64,000 bases of DNA from a virus: the IMG/VR virus record IMGVR_UViG_3300017963_000235, positions 20,682 to 84,681 of that record; one strand, 5' to 3'. Under the pieces are notes generated by a model. That model saw nothing but the letters and a program-made list of their open reading frames with translations, made no database searches and was not told where the DNA came from. A program made the position numbers and the translations under genes. Positions 15,122 to 24,918 of this stretch are shown one piece after another (position 1 is the first letter of the stretch; each line of letters begins with the position of its first letter).

Positions 15122-17707
15122 GTGGCTGTTAACTCTTGGGACTTCGGATTTAACTTTGTTGCTAAGAACTCCGTAACTCCTACCGTAACTAAAATCAATC
15201 AGGGGATGGACAAGCTAACGAAGACGACTGATAAAGGATCTGACTCGTTAGATAAGTTTTTCTTTGCTTGGAATAGTGGGATGTCCCTGTTTAGAACGGG
15301 TATGGGGATCATCAATAAGTTAGCCATCCCGGTGCAGGAGTTTGCAGAGTTTGAACACGCTATAGCAGCGGTAGGGGCTATCTCACAATCTTCTGCGGAG
15401 GATCTTAAGAAACTAGAAGCGGCTGCATTAGAGGCGGGGTTAAAGACTCAATTCAGCCCCACGGAGGCAGCTCAGGGGTTACAGGTGCTTGCCTCTGCTG
15501 GTTTAGATGCTGAGGATAGCATAAAGACCCTCCTACCCGTCTTGGACCTCGCAGCGGCTTCTATGGGAGAACTGGGAACTCCTGAAGCGGCATCGGCTAT
15601 CATTGGTACATTAAAGAGTTTTGGAAAGGGGATGGATGAAGCCGCTGGGGTTACTGACAGGTTAATGAAGATAACCACCATGACCAATTTCAGAACCAGA
15701 GACTTTGGGGCTGGTCTATCCAAGGCGGCTGCTAATGCGGGCACATTTGGGTTCTCGCTAAACGATACTCTAATTACTATGGGTCTCTTAAGGAATACAG
15801 GAGAACAGGCTACTAGAGCTAGCACAGCCTTAGGGGAGGCTATGCGCAGATTAGCCACGGATGGATCGGCCCTTAATAAAATGAATAAACAGGGCATTAG
15901 TGTTTACGATAAACAAACTGGGGCTATACGGCCTTTCCTGGACATCATGAATGATATGGTTGTAGCGACAGCCGACATGACTCAGAAACAGCGAAACCAG
16001 TTCGTAGAGAGTACATTAGGGGCTCGTGGTTTGAAAGTTTTTAATGCGGTGGCTAAGGGGTCCTTCAAGACGATGAAAGATGGTCAGAAGGTTATGGCAT
16101 CTGGCGCAGAGATGATAGCCGCTATGCGTGGTGAATTGGATCAGGCTACCGGTACTACAGAGAATTTCCGTAAGAGGATGCAAGACACTGTTAAAGGTCA
16201 ATTAATCTTACTCAAGGGATCTTGGCAGACTCTAAAAATTCTTATTGGTAAATCCATTGGGGAGGCGTTTAGACCTATAGTCGAGATAGCAATTAAGGCA
16301 ATCAACGGGGTGATATCCTTATTCACTACTATGCCTGGGCCTATTAGGGTTGTAGTAGGTCTGATAACCAAATTCATAGCTGTAATGTCAGTACTAGTCG
16401 CGGGGATGATTGCTTATAAGGGGGCCGCTATTGCCGTCAAAGCAGTAAATACTCTACTGGCATCCTCGTTTATGGGACTGAACATCTCTCTTGGACCTTT
16501 ACTCTGGGGTGTGGCCGCTGTAGTGGCGGCAATATTAGCGCTTAAATTAGCCTACGATAAAAATTTCTTAGGATTTAGGGACGGTTTAGATTCCTTTATC
16601 AAAGGTTTTAAAGAGGGTTTTAAAGTTCTGGGTCTGATTATAGATGTATTTGTGGCGGGTTTAACTAAGGTTGGTGAGATGTTATCTCCGTTAATTAATC
16701 TTTGGAATAGCTTATGGGGATCCGTGAATGATGTAGGAGACGGGGCCGGTTTAACTATGATGGAGAAAATCGGAAAGGTAGTGGGAATCACTACAGGTAT
16801 ATTAGCTGCTTTTATTGCAATATCGTTAGCCACTAAGACGGCTATGATAGCGTTAAAGGTTGGGGCTATGATATTTAAAGGGGCTAGTCTAATTATGGCC
16901 GGGGCTAACGCTATATTAACTACATCCTTCACTGTTCTATCAGTGCCGTTATTGCCGTTAATAGCGGCTATAGCTGCGGTTGCTGCGGCGTTTCTATTAT
17001 TAAAAAGAGCGTATGATACTAATTTCCTGGGGTTTGCGGATGGTTTAAGATCTTTCTTAACATGGGTTGGGGACGCTTTCGGAACAATGGTAGATGTTGT
17101 TACCGAAAGTATACACACTCTACTCATCCCCTTTAAAGTAGTATTTGGTGGGATTAAAACCATAGTTGTTGGCACAATGAACGTCATTAGTACGGTTGTG
17201 GATTTTGTTGTTGGTGGAATTCGGAAAAATATAGAGCGAATATACGGATGGATTAAAGCCGCCATTGATAAAGCTATGTGGGCTAAAAACAAAGTTAAGT
17301 CATTATTGGGGAGAGGTAAAAGTGCTGTAAAGAAAGCGGTTGGATCTATTAGGGAATCTCTTCTTGGGCCTACTAAAGTAATTGGAGTGGGTCCGGATGT
17401 GTTTTCACCCGAATTGATAAAGACCATAGCAAAAGAGGAAACGGCAGAAATGCCAACCCCAGAAAAGTTGCAGAAGGACGAGAAGGGAGCAATTGCTAAA
17501 TCAGAGGAGCAGTCCATAGCCGCTCAGATACAACGCCCCATACCCCGCGAAGGAGAAGGGGATAGGATCATAGAAAAGAGAGAAGTAGAAGCCACCACCA
17601 ATCTTATATTAGATTCCAAGGTAATCGCGCAGGTGGTGCAGCAGTATAATGATAGAAATTTCGAGAATAAACTTACTACGACTATTCCTGTAGCGGGAAC
17701 CAGTTAG
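15122..17707 (+). CDS. Tape measure protein (TP901 family)
   Basis: TQFSPTEAAQGL..LASAG TP901-type core, hydrophobic helical repeats; two AYD.NFLGF.DGL repeats. Confidence 0.92.
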   Translation: MAVNSWDFGFNFVAKNSVTPTVTKINQGMDKLTKTTDKGSDSLDKFFFAWNSGMSLFRTGMGIINKLAIPVQEFAEFEHAIAAVGAISQSSAEDLKKLEAAALEAGLKTQFSPTEAAQGLQVLASAGLDAEDSIKTLLPVLDLAAASMGELGTPEAASAIIGTLKSFGKGMDEAAGVTDRLMKITTMTNFRTRDFGAGLSKAAANAGTFGFSLNDTLITMGLLRNTGEQATRASTALGEAMRRLATDGSALNKMNKQGISVYDKQTGAIRPFLDIMNDMVVATADMTQKQRNQFVESTLGARGLKVFNAVAKGSFKTMKDGQKVMASGAEMIAAMRGELDQATGTTENFRKRMQDTVKGQLILLKGSWQTLKILIGKSIGEAFRPIVEIAIKAINGVISLFTTMPGPIRVVVGLITKFIAVMSVLVAGMIAYKGAAIAVKAVNTLLASSFMGLNISLGPLLWGVAAVVAAILALKLAYDKNFLGFRDGLDSFIKGFKEGFKVLGLIIDVFVAGLTKVGEMLSPLINLWNSLWGSVNDVGDGAGLTMMEKIGKVVGITTGILAAFIAISLATKTAMIALKVGAMIFKGASLIMAGANAILTTSFTVLSVPLLPLIAAIAAVAAAFLLLKRAYDTNFLGFADGLRSFLTWVGDAFGTMVDVVTESIHTLLIPFKVVFGGIKTIVVGTMNVISTVVDFVVGGIRKNIERIYGWIKAAIDKAMWAKNKVKSLLGRGKSAVKKAVGSIRESLLGPTKVIGVGPDVFSPELIKTIAKEETAEMPTPEKLQKDEKGAIAKSEEQSIAAQIQRPIPREGEGDRIIEKREVEATTNLILDSKVIAQVVQQYNDRNFENKLTTTIPVAGTS

Positions 17708-17715
17708 GGGGGTCT

Positions 17716-18252
17716 ATGAATATATTTGGTCAAGATCCTGTACCTGCGTACATTAAGAATTTACATAATGGGGAATTAAAGGGATTTCTAGTTAATCCAG
17801 CAGAACTAGGATCTAGTATATCCGCCGTATATAAACCGCGAGACTTGTTAGGTATGCCTAATGTTCCTTTGGATTATGAAAAAACAAATAATCAAACATT
17901 CAGATTCAATCTCATATTCTCCGCAACTATGATACAGACTGAGGGAAGGGTATCTAGGAAAGAAGCGGTAGAAGCGATCTCTGATTGGAGGGCCTTTTTA
18001 ACATCTTTAATGGCCCCTATCGAAACCCCGCATAAAAACTGGAGGGGCGGAGAGCCTCCTAAGATATGGTTCTACTGGCCTAACATCGCATCTTTGGAGG
18101 GGAGGTTAGTGAGGGTTAACTGGAGAAGCACTCTATTTGATCTAGATTTAAACTCTACTTTTGAGGTGGCCCAGATAAGTATTTCTTCAGATCAGAAGTA
18201 TCCGATTTGGTCTGAGGAGATTAGACTATTAGGTTGGGAGGTTCAGGTATGA
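17716..18252 (+). CDS. Baseplate tube initiator (CIS tube/gpU-like)
   Basis: FLVNPAEL and PPKIWFYWP motifs; follows the TMP. Confidence 0.65.
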   Translation: MNIFGQDPVPAYIKNLHNGELKGFLVNPAELGSSISAVYKPRDLLGMPNVPLDYEKTNNQTFRFNLIFSATMIQTEGRVSRKEAVEAISDWRAFLTSLMAPIETPHKNWRGGEPPKIWFYWPNIASLEGRLVRVNWRSTLFDLDLNSTFEVAQISISSDQKYPIWSEEIRLLGWEVQV

Positions 18253-18587
18253 GTACTCGCTATGATGATGCTTATATTATTAAAGACATAAATGGGAATG
18301 ATATTGTAGTTCCTCGGGCCTTCTTTCGTTACAAAGAAATAGACGATAATATAATTCACATAGCGAAAGATAACGAATCATTATGGGAGATAGCGACTCA
18401 ATATTATAGTGATGTTCTTCAGAATCCATCATTACACTATTGGATTATTGCGGACTATCAGCCCGAGCCTATCTTGGATCCTACACAAACAATGGTGCAG
18501 GGTAGAACGATTTACGTACCTAGCATTAGAACTATAGAGACACTAATCAATAATCCAGATAGAGATCCAGAATATGAGAGGTTCTGA
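18249..18587 (+). CDS. LysM-like baseplate protein (gpX/gp53-like)
   Basis: HIAKDNESLWEIATQYY...YWIIADY...GRTIYVPS. Confidence 0.75.
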   Translation: MSTRYDDAYIIKDINGNDIVVPRAFFRYKEIDDNIIHIAKDNESLWEIATQYYSDVLQNPSLHYWIIADYQPEPILDPTQTMVQGRTIYVPSIRTIETLINNPDRDPEYERF

Positions 18588-19861
18588 TGAGCGTCGTTAT
18601 AGATATTCGTCCATTAGATCCGAAAGATACGGAATTTACGGAACAAATACGTAGCAGGGTACAGTCTTTAACCTTTGACGACACGGATGATGGAGTTGAT
18701 GTTCTTAAGCTTGTTTTGGAGAATACCGATAGAGCGTTATCCAATTCCAAGAAAGTGATAGCGGGTAAGGGGATCATTATTTCATGGGGTGAGTCTGGAA
18801 ATATGGTGCCATCCAGGGAGATAACATTCACTAGGGTTAAGAGCTCGGGCACCTCGTTAATCTATGAGGGTAAAGGGAAGTTGTTCAATAGCGATCTTAA
18901 ACCTACGTATCGACGGTGGGACGCTGTAGAGGTTACTGAGTTAGTTCGTAAGGTAGCCAGAGAAATGGGGTTTAATAATCCTGATATTTCTGGACTAGAG
19001 ACCGAGTTTGTAATTAAACAACAAAACACCACTAACTCCAGGTTTCTTGCGAAGTTGGCTAGAGAGTTTGGCGTGGCATTCTGGATAGATAATCGTAATT
19101 TTCATTTCAAATCTAGAGATATAACGACCCCTACCCGTCTTAGGTTAGTGTACAGAGGTGTAGAAAATGGGGCTGGATTCGGTCGTATCATTGGAGAACC
19201 CGATATAGATTTCGAATATACTCGTAGAAAACCTTCGATTGTGACGAATAGAACTACTCCTAAGGTTGTTGCTCCTGGGGTTCGGGTTGAGTTTAAGAAA
19301 GCCCCGGATGGGACTACAGTACCGGTGATCATACGAACGGGAGCGCAGACAAGCGAAAAACAGACAGTATCTGGATCATCATCTAAAGCAGCGTATGCAG
19401 AGAAAAGAAATCTACCGGCTAAACATGAGGATAGGCGCTATATTGCTAAGGCGATGTTCCATAAAGGATCGCCTCAATGGCAAAATAAAAGCAGGGATAA
19501 ACAGACGGGCACAATACCCATTCATGGGGACGCTACGTTATATCCTGGAGACACTATTGAACTATATAATTACGGGGAGATTAACGAAGGTAAATGGTAT
19601 GTGCGTAATATAAAACACGAGGTTAGTCGGTCTCAGTTCACACAGAAACTTGGAGTTAGCCGCACATCTGGTAAGAAAAAAATAGCGGGAAACGTAAAGG
19701 GTAAAACGGTAAAACGTGGTAATGGTATCCTTAAGAGATGGCTTAACATAGGAATTGACATAGGCAAAGAAGTCATTAAGGACGAGTTGAAAAGTCGTAC
19801 GTTATCCAAGGGACAATACGGGAAATCAAAAACCGTCTATAAAAAGAAGAGAAGGCAATGA
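18587..19861 (+). CDS. Baseplate hub (P2 gpD/late control D-like)
   Basis: Q.NTTNSRFL.KLARE.G, G...LYPG..I and GKWYV..I.H motifs. Confidence 0.8.
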   Translation: MSVVIDIRPLDPKDTEFTEQIRSRVQSLTFDDTDDGVDVLKLVLENTDRALSNSKKVIAGKGIIISWGESGNMVPSREITFTRVKSSGTSLIYEGKGKLFNSDLKPTYRRWDAVEVTELVRKVAREMGFNNPDISGLETEFVIKQQNTTNSRFLAKLAREFGVAFWIDNRNFHFKSRDITTPTRLRLVYRGVENGAGFGRIIGEPDIDFEYTRRKPSIVTNRTTPKVVAPGVRVEFKKAPDGTTVPVIIRTGAQTSEKQTVSGSSSKAAYAEKRNLPAKHEDRRYIAKAMFHKGSPQWQNKSRDKQTGTIPIHGDATLYPGDTIELYNYGEINEGKWYVRNIKHEVSRSQFTQKLGVSRTSGKKKIAGNVKGKTVKRGNGILKRWLNIGIDIGKEVIKDELKSRTLSKGQYGKSKTVYKKKRRQ

Positions 19862-20403
19862 CATTAGATCAAAAGTACTATGGCATTTACCGAGGGATCG
19901 TTACGGGTGTATTGGACCCCGATAAGGCGCAACGAGTTAGAGTATCGATAGCGGGAATGACGGAACCTGATTCTGTATGGGCGTCCCCTAAGGGTCTCTT
20001 TGGGGCCGCATTTGGTTTAGGAATTGTTGGTGTTCCTCCCGAGGGATCCGAAGTTTACGTACAATTTGAGGCGGGCAACTTGGAATCGCCAATCTATGAG
20101 CCTATAGGAATACCTGCTAATGAGATACCAGAAGAGTTACGGGGTAAGCCGAATGTATGGGGTTTTCTATTTGGGGATATTCGTATGATTTTCGAATTAA
20201 CGGGAGATCAAAAGGGTAAAATACGGTTGTATTCTAAAACATTGGAAGATTACAATTACATAGAGTTAAATGCAGAGGATAATTCCATATCCCTAAATTC
20301 ATTAACAACTTTAAACATAGACGCTAAAGGATTAGTAGCGATTAACGGAGCGGTTGTTACTATCCAAAATAGACCTGTAACCCCTGCCGGAAAGGACATC
20401 TAA
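19858..20403 (+). CDS. Baseplate spike (gpV/gp5 OB-fold)
   Basis: YYGIYRGIV...DP....RVRV, WA.P and PP.GSEV.V.FEAG motifs. Confidence 0.85.
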   Translation: MTLDQKYYGIYRGIVTGVLDPDKAQRVRVSIAGMTEPDSVWASPKGLFGAAFGLGIVGVPPEGSEVYVQFEAGNLESPIYEPIGIPANEIPEELRGKPNVWGFLFGDIRMIFELTGDQKGKIRLYSKTLEDYNYIELNAEDNSISLNSLTTLNIDAKGLVAINGAVVTIQNRPVTPAGKDI

Positions 20404-21032
20404 TGGCTGTTACTATTGTATTTCCCGGGGGTGTGTCGGTAGAGTTTTCCGGGCTAGATACCAGAGAAGCCTATTACAGAACTATGAATACCCTATCAAT
20501 AGCTATGAGCCCGTTCAAATTGGTTCTGGACATTGTAGATTTATTCTTGGAACTCCAGAGAGTGCTGGAAGAGGTTACAGGTATTGTAACCGATCCTTCT
20601 GATTTTCTAGAAGCACTACAAAAGTTAGTCAGAAAAATAAGTTTGATCGGTCAGTATATTCCTCAAGCATCAGTACCTGTAATGATTAATGGGATATTGA
20701 ATACTGCTATATTATTGCTAGACCTGCTAGATGAGCAATTGGATATTATAGAATCCGTAGAGATTAAAATCGATGAGTTAGATGCTGTTATTGATTTAGA
20801 TCCGGAAGGTCTTGCTCCTGTTAAGGTAGTCCTGGAGACGCAACAAGCAGATCAGCAAGAGGAATTTGAATCTATGGTAGACCCGCTTAATGCACTACTA
20901 GAACTGGTTAATTTCTTCCTGTCTATAATCAGGGTCTCCTATACATTCCCTGTAATAAGCGGGGGATCTGTCGAGGAATTACGTGCGGCAATTGACACAT
21001 TAAGGAATTTCTTACAAGATGTAACATACTAG
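20403..21032 (+). CDS. Hypothetical helical baseplate-region protein
   Basis: Coupled ORF, acidic coiled coil. Confidence 0.6.
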   Translation: MAVTIVFPGGVSVEFSGLDTREAYYRTMNTLSIAMSPFKLVLDIVDLFLELQRVLEEVTGIVTDPSDFLEALQKLVRKISLIGQYIPQASVPVMINGILNTAILLLDLLDEQLDIIESVEIKIDELDAVIDLDPEGLAPVKVVLETQQADQQEEFESMVDPLNALLELVNFFLSIIRVSYTFPVISGGSVEELRAAIDTLRNFLQDVTY

Positions 21033-21040
21033 GAGGTTCC

Positions 21041-21424
21041 ATGAGTATCGGTATTACATCCCCTTTACGGTTAGCTAAATCGGGTGATTTCCAAACAGAG
21101 TCTGAAGCTGCGTTGGTTGATGCGTCCATAAGGCAAACTGTAATGACACGGAGCAGTGGAGAGGGGATATACGGAGAGATGCCTTGGAATCCCGCTTTTG
21201 GAACTTTAGTACAGACATTAAAACATCACAAACAGGATCTAGATTTAGTGCAGGCAGAGGCGGTTAGGATGACATCTAACGGAGTTTCCAGATATGTCCC
21301 TGATGCGATTATTACAGATGTTCAGGTGTCCGACATTAAAAAAGATCAAGGTCGTCTGTTGGAGTTGAAAGTCACTCGAAAATACAGAGAAACAATAAAG
21401 TCACTAAAAATGGGACTCGTATAA
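21041..21424 (+). CDS. Baseplate wedge/sheath initiator (gp25/gpW)
   Basis: GEMPWNPAFGT motif. Confidence 0.85.
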   Translation: MSIGITSPLRLAKSGDFQTESEAALVDASIRQTVMTRSSGEGIYGEMPWNPAFGTLVQTLKHHKQDLDLVQAEAVRMTSNGVSRYVPDAIITDVQVSDIKKDQGRLLELKVTRKYRETIKSLKMGLV

Positions 21425-22915
21425 ATGGTCACTACATTAGCATCTACAATCTATACTGATAAAGATTTTTTAGCATTACAAACCCGTTTACGCGGTTTGA
21501 TGCAATCTATTTTTCCAGAGTGGCCTATTAACGACTCAGGCAACTACGGAAATATATTGTTGGATTTATTTGCGTATGTTGGGGATGTTAATAATTTCTA
21601 TAATGACACAAACTTTCAAGAGTCCTCTGTTAAAACGGCCCAATTACTCCAGACATTATTAGATAAAGCTTTTGGCTTAGATGTTATTTTACCCCTTCAA
21701 GAAGCGGCCTTAGTGGATGAAGAATTTACCATAACAAACCCCAGGGATGTTAATGTACTTATCCCAAAGGGTTCTATTGTAGAGACCACAGGAGAGGATA
21801 TTGTATCCTTCCAAACCCTGACCGATCAGATTCTGCTAGCGGGGGCTACAACGATAACCATATCCATGGAGAATTCATCTACACAGACAGAGACCGTGTA
21901 CCCCTCTGGAGAAGGTTTCTGGACTGTTTGGTTGAGTTATGAATCATTCCTTAGAATAGTGTCTATTACTGATGAGCTTGGTAATTTGTGGACGGAACAA
22001 CCCACGTTAGTTAACTCAGGATCAACAGATAGGCATTTCACAGTTACAGTTAACTCAGCCGGTAACGCGCAGTTACGCTTTGGTAATGGGGTGTTGGGTA
22101 AGGTCCCAGATACGCCCCTAGTTGTCATCTACACCACCGGAGGGGGTTCGGCGGGTAATGTTGTTGAGAATACTCTAAGATCGTTGCAAACAGATATTGT
22201 GGATGAGAACGGGGAGAGCGTAGCGTTTGAGGTGAATAATCCTGCGGAGGCCTCTGGGGGTAATGATCGTATTTCGGTGGAGGAGGCGAGACAACTGATT
22301 CCCGACAGCTTTAGAGCTCAAAAAAGATCTGTTGGCGAGGGGGATACCGAAGCGCACGCTTTGTTAGTTCCTGGGGTTGCTCGTGCTATCTCCATCACTA
22401 GCGATCAGGATCCTGCCATGGAAGAGGCACTTAAGCATGTGCGGATAGTTCCGGAGGGTGGGGGCCTCCCATCTCAGGCGTTAAAGGATGCTGTATTAGA
22501 GCAGGTTACTGTTACATATCCTCAGACATCGAACATATTTGTTTTTATATTTGATCCTATCTATAAGAGTGTAGATATTGTGGCGAAGGTATTTCGTAAT
22601 GAAGGGTATACAACTGCGGAGACAGGCACACTTATCCGGTCGGATTTAACCACATTCTTTGCTCTTAATAGGCCCGATGGAGAACCGAATACCGGAATTC
22701 AATTTGGGGGTCAATATCGCAATTCTCAGGGGTCGATAGATCCTTATCTACCCTTTAGTGATGTGTATAATGTTATTCGTGATAATAAATCAGCGAGGAA
22801 ATTAGGCACAGTAACTTTGAATAATAACACTACAGATGTGTTTCTTTTGTATGGAGAGTTTCCTGTTTTAGGTTCGGTAACTCTTATTGACGGTGATACA
22901 GGGGAAATTTTCTAA
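21425..22915 (+). CDS. Baseplate J-like wedge protein
   Basis: YTDKDF, FAYVGD, FGNGVLGK.P, GGG.AGNV and ASGG.D motifs. Confidence 0.88.
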   Translation: MVTTLASTIYTDKDFLALQTRLRGLMQSIFPEWPINDSGNYGNILLDLFAYVGDVNNFYNDTNFQESSVKTAQLLQTLLDKAFGLDVILPLQEAALVDEEFTITNPRDVNVLIPKGSIVETTGEDIVSFQTLTDQILLAGATTITISMENSSTQTETVYPSGEGFWTVWLSYESFLRIVSITDELGNLWTEQPTLVNSGSTDRHFTVTVNSAGNAQLRFGNGVLGKVPDTPLVVIYTTGGGSAGNVVENTLRSLQTDIVDENGESVAFEVNNPAEASGGNDRISVEEARQLIPDSFRAQKRSVGEGDTEAHALLVPGVARAISITSDQDPAMEEALKHVRIVPEGGGLPSQALKDAVLEQVTVTYPQTSNIFVFIFDPIYKSVDIVAKVFRNEGYTTAETGTLIRSDLTTFFALNRPDGEPNTGIQFGGQYRNSQGSIDPYLPFSDVYNVIRDNKSARKLGTVTLNNNTTDVFLLYGEFPVLGSVTLIDGDTGEIF

Positions 22916-22928
22916 AAGGTAAGACGAT

Positions 22929-23243
22929 ATGTCAGCAAAAGTGAATCACGGACAAGCACAAGCATTGAATTCAGCAGGCGATGATACTTCTACATCCATG
23001 AGATGTGAAGGGGCCGATTTGGGGGGCGTGGGTGTTACAGCTTCTTCAGGTGGGTCTATTAAAGTTGAAGGATCTTTAGAGAAAGCATCGGGAGAGGATT
23101 GGTTTGAGGCCGTGGCGGCTACTGCGGTGGCGGCAGGGGATTATGTTCCTATCCCAAACATAGGAGTATTTCATAATTTCAGAGTAGTATGCACAGCAGG
23201 GACTGCAACGGTTAGATTAGCCACAATGGATAAAGATAGATGA
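22929..23243 (+). CDS. Hypothetical small virion protein
   Basis: Coupled ORF with a beta-sandwich-like pattern (IKVEGSL...DWF). Confidence 0.55.
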   Translation: MSAKVNHGQAQALNSAGDDTSTSMRCEGADLGGVGVTASSGGSIKVEGSLEKASGEDWFEAVAATAVAAGDYVPIPNIGVFHNFRVVCTAGTATVRLATMDKDR

Positions 23244-23680
23244 CAGTAGAAAACGGATCGTTTGAAATCAAAGGAGTCACAGAGGATGTAGCATTTGAGT
23301 GGGTTATAACCTCGGGTAGTGATAGTTCCTTTGTCGGATTTGGAGACGCCAATGAATTTTGGGATTCATTTGGATGGGGCGACCTATTATATGAGTTGGA
23401 TTTAAGCACATCTATTTGGCTGTTTTTTAACGGATATACAGAACTGTTTGAGGAATTTGCGTGGGGCGGGGATTATATCGAGGATTGGGATAGCAGTTGG
23501 ATTACATCCGTTTTTGATACTTTTGATTGGTCAGTGTTTAATGAGACTTGGGTTCCGGGGTCAACTACAGGTGCGGATACTTTTGATTGGTCAACATTTA
23601 ACGATGCTTGGGTTCCTGGAGATACCGCTCTATTTAATGGCGGAGCAGATATGTACGAAAGTTTCGAGACTGGATGGTAA
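23240..23680 (+). CDS. Acidic aromatic-rich protein with 20-aa repeat
   Basis: DTFDWSxFNxxWVPG occurs twice (60-bp period at 23516 and 23576). Confidence 0.6.
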   Translation: MTVENGSFEIKGVTEDVAFEWVITSGSDSSFVGFGDANEFWDSFGWGDLLYELDLSTSIWLFFNGYTELFEEFAWGGDYIEDWDSSWITSVFDTFDWSVFNETWVPGSTTGADTFDWSTFNDAWVPGDTALFNGGADMYESFETGW

Positions 23681-23682
23681 TT

Positions 23683-24159
23683 ATGGTAAGCTCTACTATA
23701 GCACAAGTTGTTTTAGCCATTGCTGGTGCGGTTGCAACGGGAGTTGTTGGCGTTATAGTTTTTCGCTATAAGCGAGGCGTAACCAAAGAAGATATAGAAA
23801 GCGGTAGGGAAGAAGATCGTCTAAAGGATCTTGAAAAAAAAATCGAGGTGATTCCAGCATTAACACAAAAGTTGACTAACCTTGAAAAAACAATTCCAAA
23901 TTTAGTTAAGAAGACAGATTTAGACGTATTACAAAAAGAGATACAGTCTGGATTTATCAAGCTTAATGGGGCCGTAGAAGAGATTCGAGAGGATTCAGAA
24001 TCGTTTGTTGGTGAAATTCCTGACAAATATCAGACTAAAGAAATGTGTCAGCAAAATGTTAAGGCTATGTTGAGTACAGTAAAACGTACCGAAGATGATG
24101 TAAAATATGTGCGTGGTAGAATAGATACTCTTGCTGATCATTTAATGGAGAAGAAATAA
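23683..24159 (+). CDS. Membrane-anchored coiled-coil protein (possible holin/spanin-like)
   Basis: Single N-terminal TM helix, then a long coiled coil. Confidence 0.5.
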   Translation: MVSSTIAQVVLAIAGAVATGVVGVIVFRYKRGVTKEDIESGREEDRLKDLEKKIEVIPALTQKLTNLEKTIPNLVKKTDLDVLQKEIQSGFIKLNGAVEEIREDSESFVGEIPDKYQTKEMCQQNVKAMLSTVKRTEDDVKYVRGRIDTLADHLMEKK

Positions 24160-24917
24160 TGTCACGAAGTGATTGGGCTATAATGACAGGATCAACTGAT
24201 GGTACTGGCTGGGGTGGTACTACCATTTTACGTAATGCAACTTTTGGAAACCCAAACCCACCTCCGGGCGGGGGTAATGCTTTATTCGCCTTTAATTCTG
24301 TGGAGCCTATTGTCGGTTCTGTTGGGGTATACACTGCGGTATCTGGTTTCAATCCTCTCCCTAAGGGGGGTCAAATAACCGGAGTAGTCCAGAGAGGCAC
24401 ATCGGGAGGTAATACCGGATTTTCTGTGGCCCTGGTTCTTGGGGCCTCCGGATCTAATGTAGGGGATAAAGCGTATTTATTAGGACTAGAGGATCAAACT
24501 CCTGGGCGTATTGTTCTCGCTAAAGGTCCCGTTAGTGGTGGTATACCGAACAACAATAATCAACCTGCTACTAAAATACTCAGAACCAGCCAAAGAACGG
24601 TTGCCCAAAATGAATATGTACATCTCAGAATGGATATGATTGTACAAGATTCTGGGGATGTTGTTATTAAGTGTTATGAGAATGATCTCAATGCGCATCC
24701 GTTAGACAATCCCGGATCGTGGGTATGGGTTCCTATCCCCTTTGATGATGGTTTCTCTGGTGAGTTTGGGGATGGTGAATTTATTGATGATGTAGTAGGG
24801 GTTAATAGTGGATCTGTTCCGCTCACATCCGGTTTTGCTGGGTTTGGGTTCGAGTGTTCCGAGACCGCTAGGAGGGCTTACGTAGATCACATAAGCATCG
24901 TAGCACAAGGTAATTAA
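24159..24917 (+). CDS. Virion structural protein (beta-rich)
   Basis: Gly-rich, lectin-like beta sequence in the tail cluster. Confidence 0.55.
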   Translation: MSRSDWAIMTGSTDGTGWGGTTILRNATFGNPNPPPGGGNALFAFNSVEPIVGSVGVYTAVSGFNPLPKGGQITGVVQRGTSGGNTGFSVALVLGASGSNVGDKAYLLGLEDQTPGRIVLAKGPVSGGIPNNNNQPATKILRTSQRTVAQNEYVHLRMDMIVQDSGDVVIKCYENDLNAHPLDNPGSWVWVPIPFDDGFSGEFGDGEFIDDVVGVNSGSVPLTSGFAGFGFECSETARRAYVDHISIVAQGN

Positions 24918-24918
24918 C

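Noticed and set aside
16552-17517. 321-aa minus-strand ORF, and the many shorter antisense ORFs
   Set aside because: Shadow frames of well-supported plus-strand genes; no RBS or motifs.
11377-22915. Extracellular contractile injection system or tailocin
   Set aside because: Terminase, portal, capsid and replication genes are present, so this is a full phage tail.
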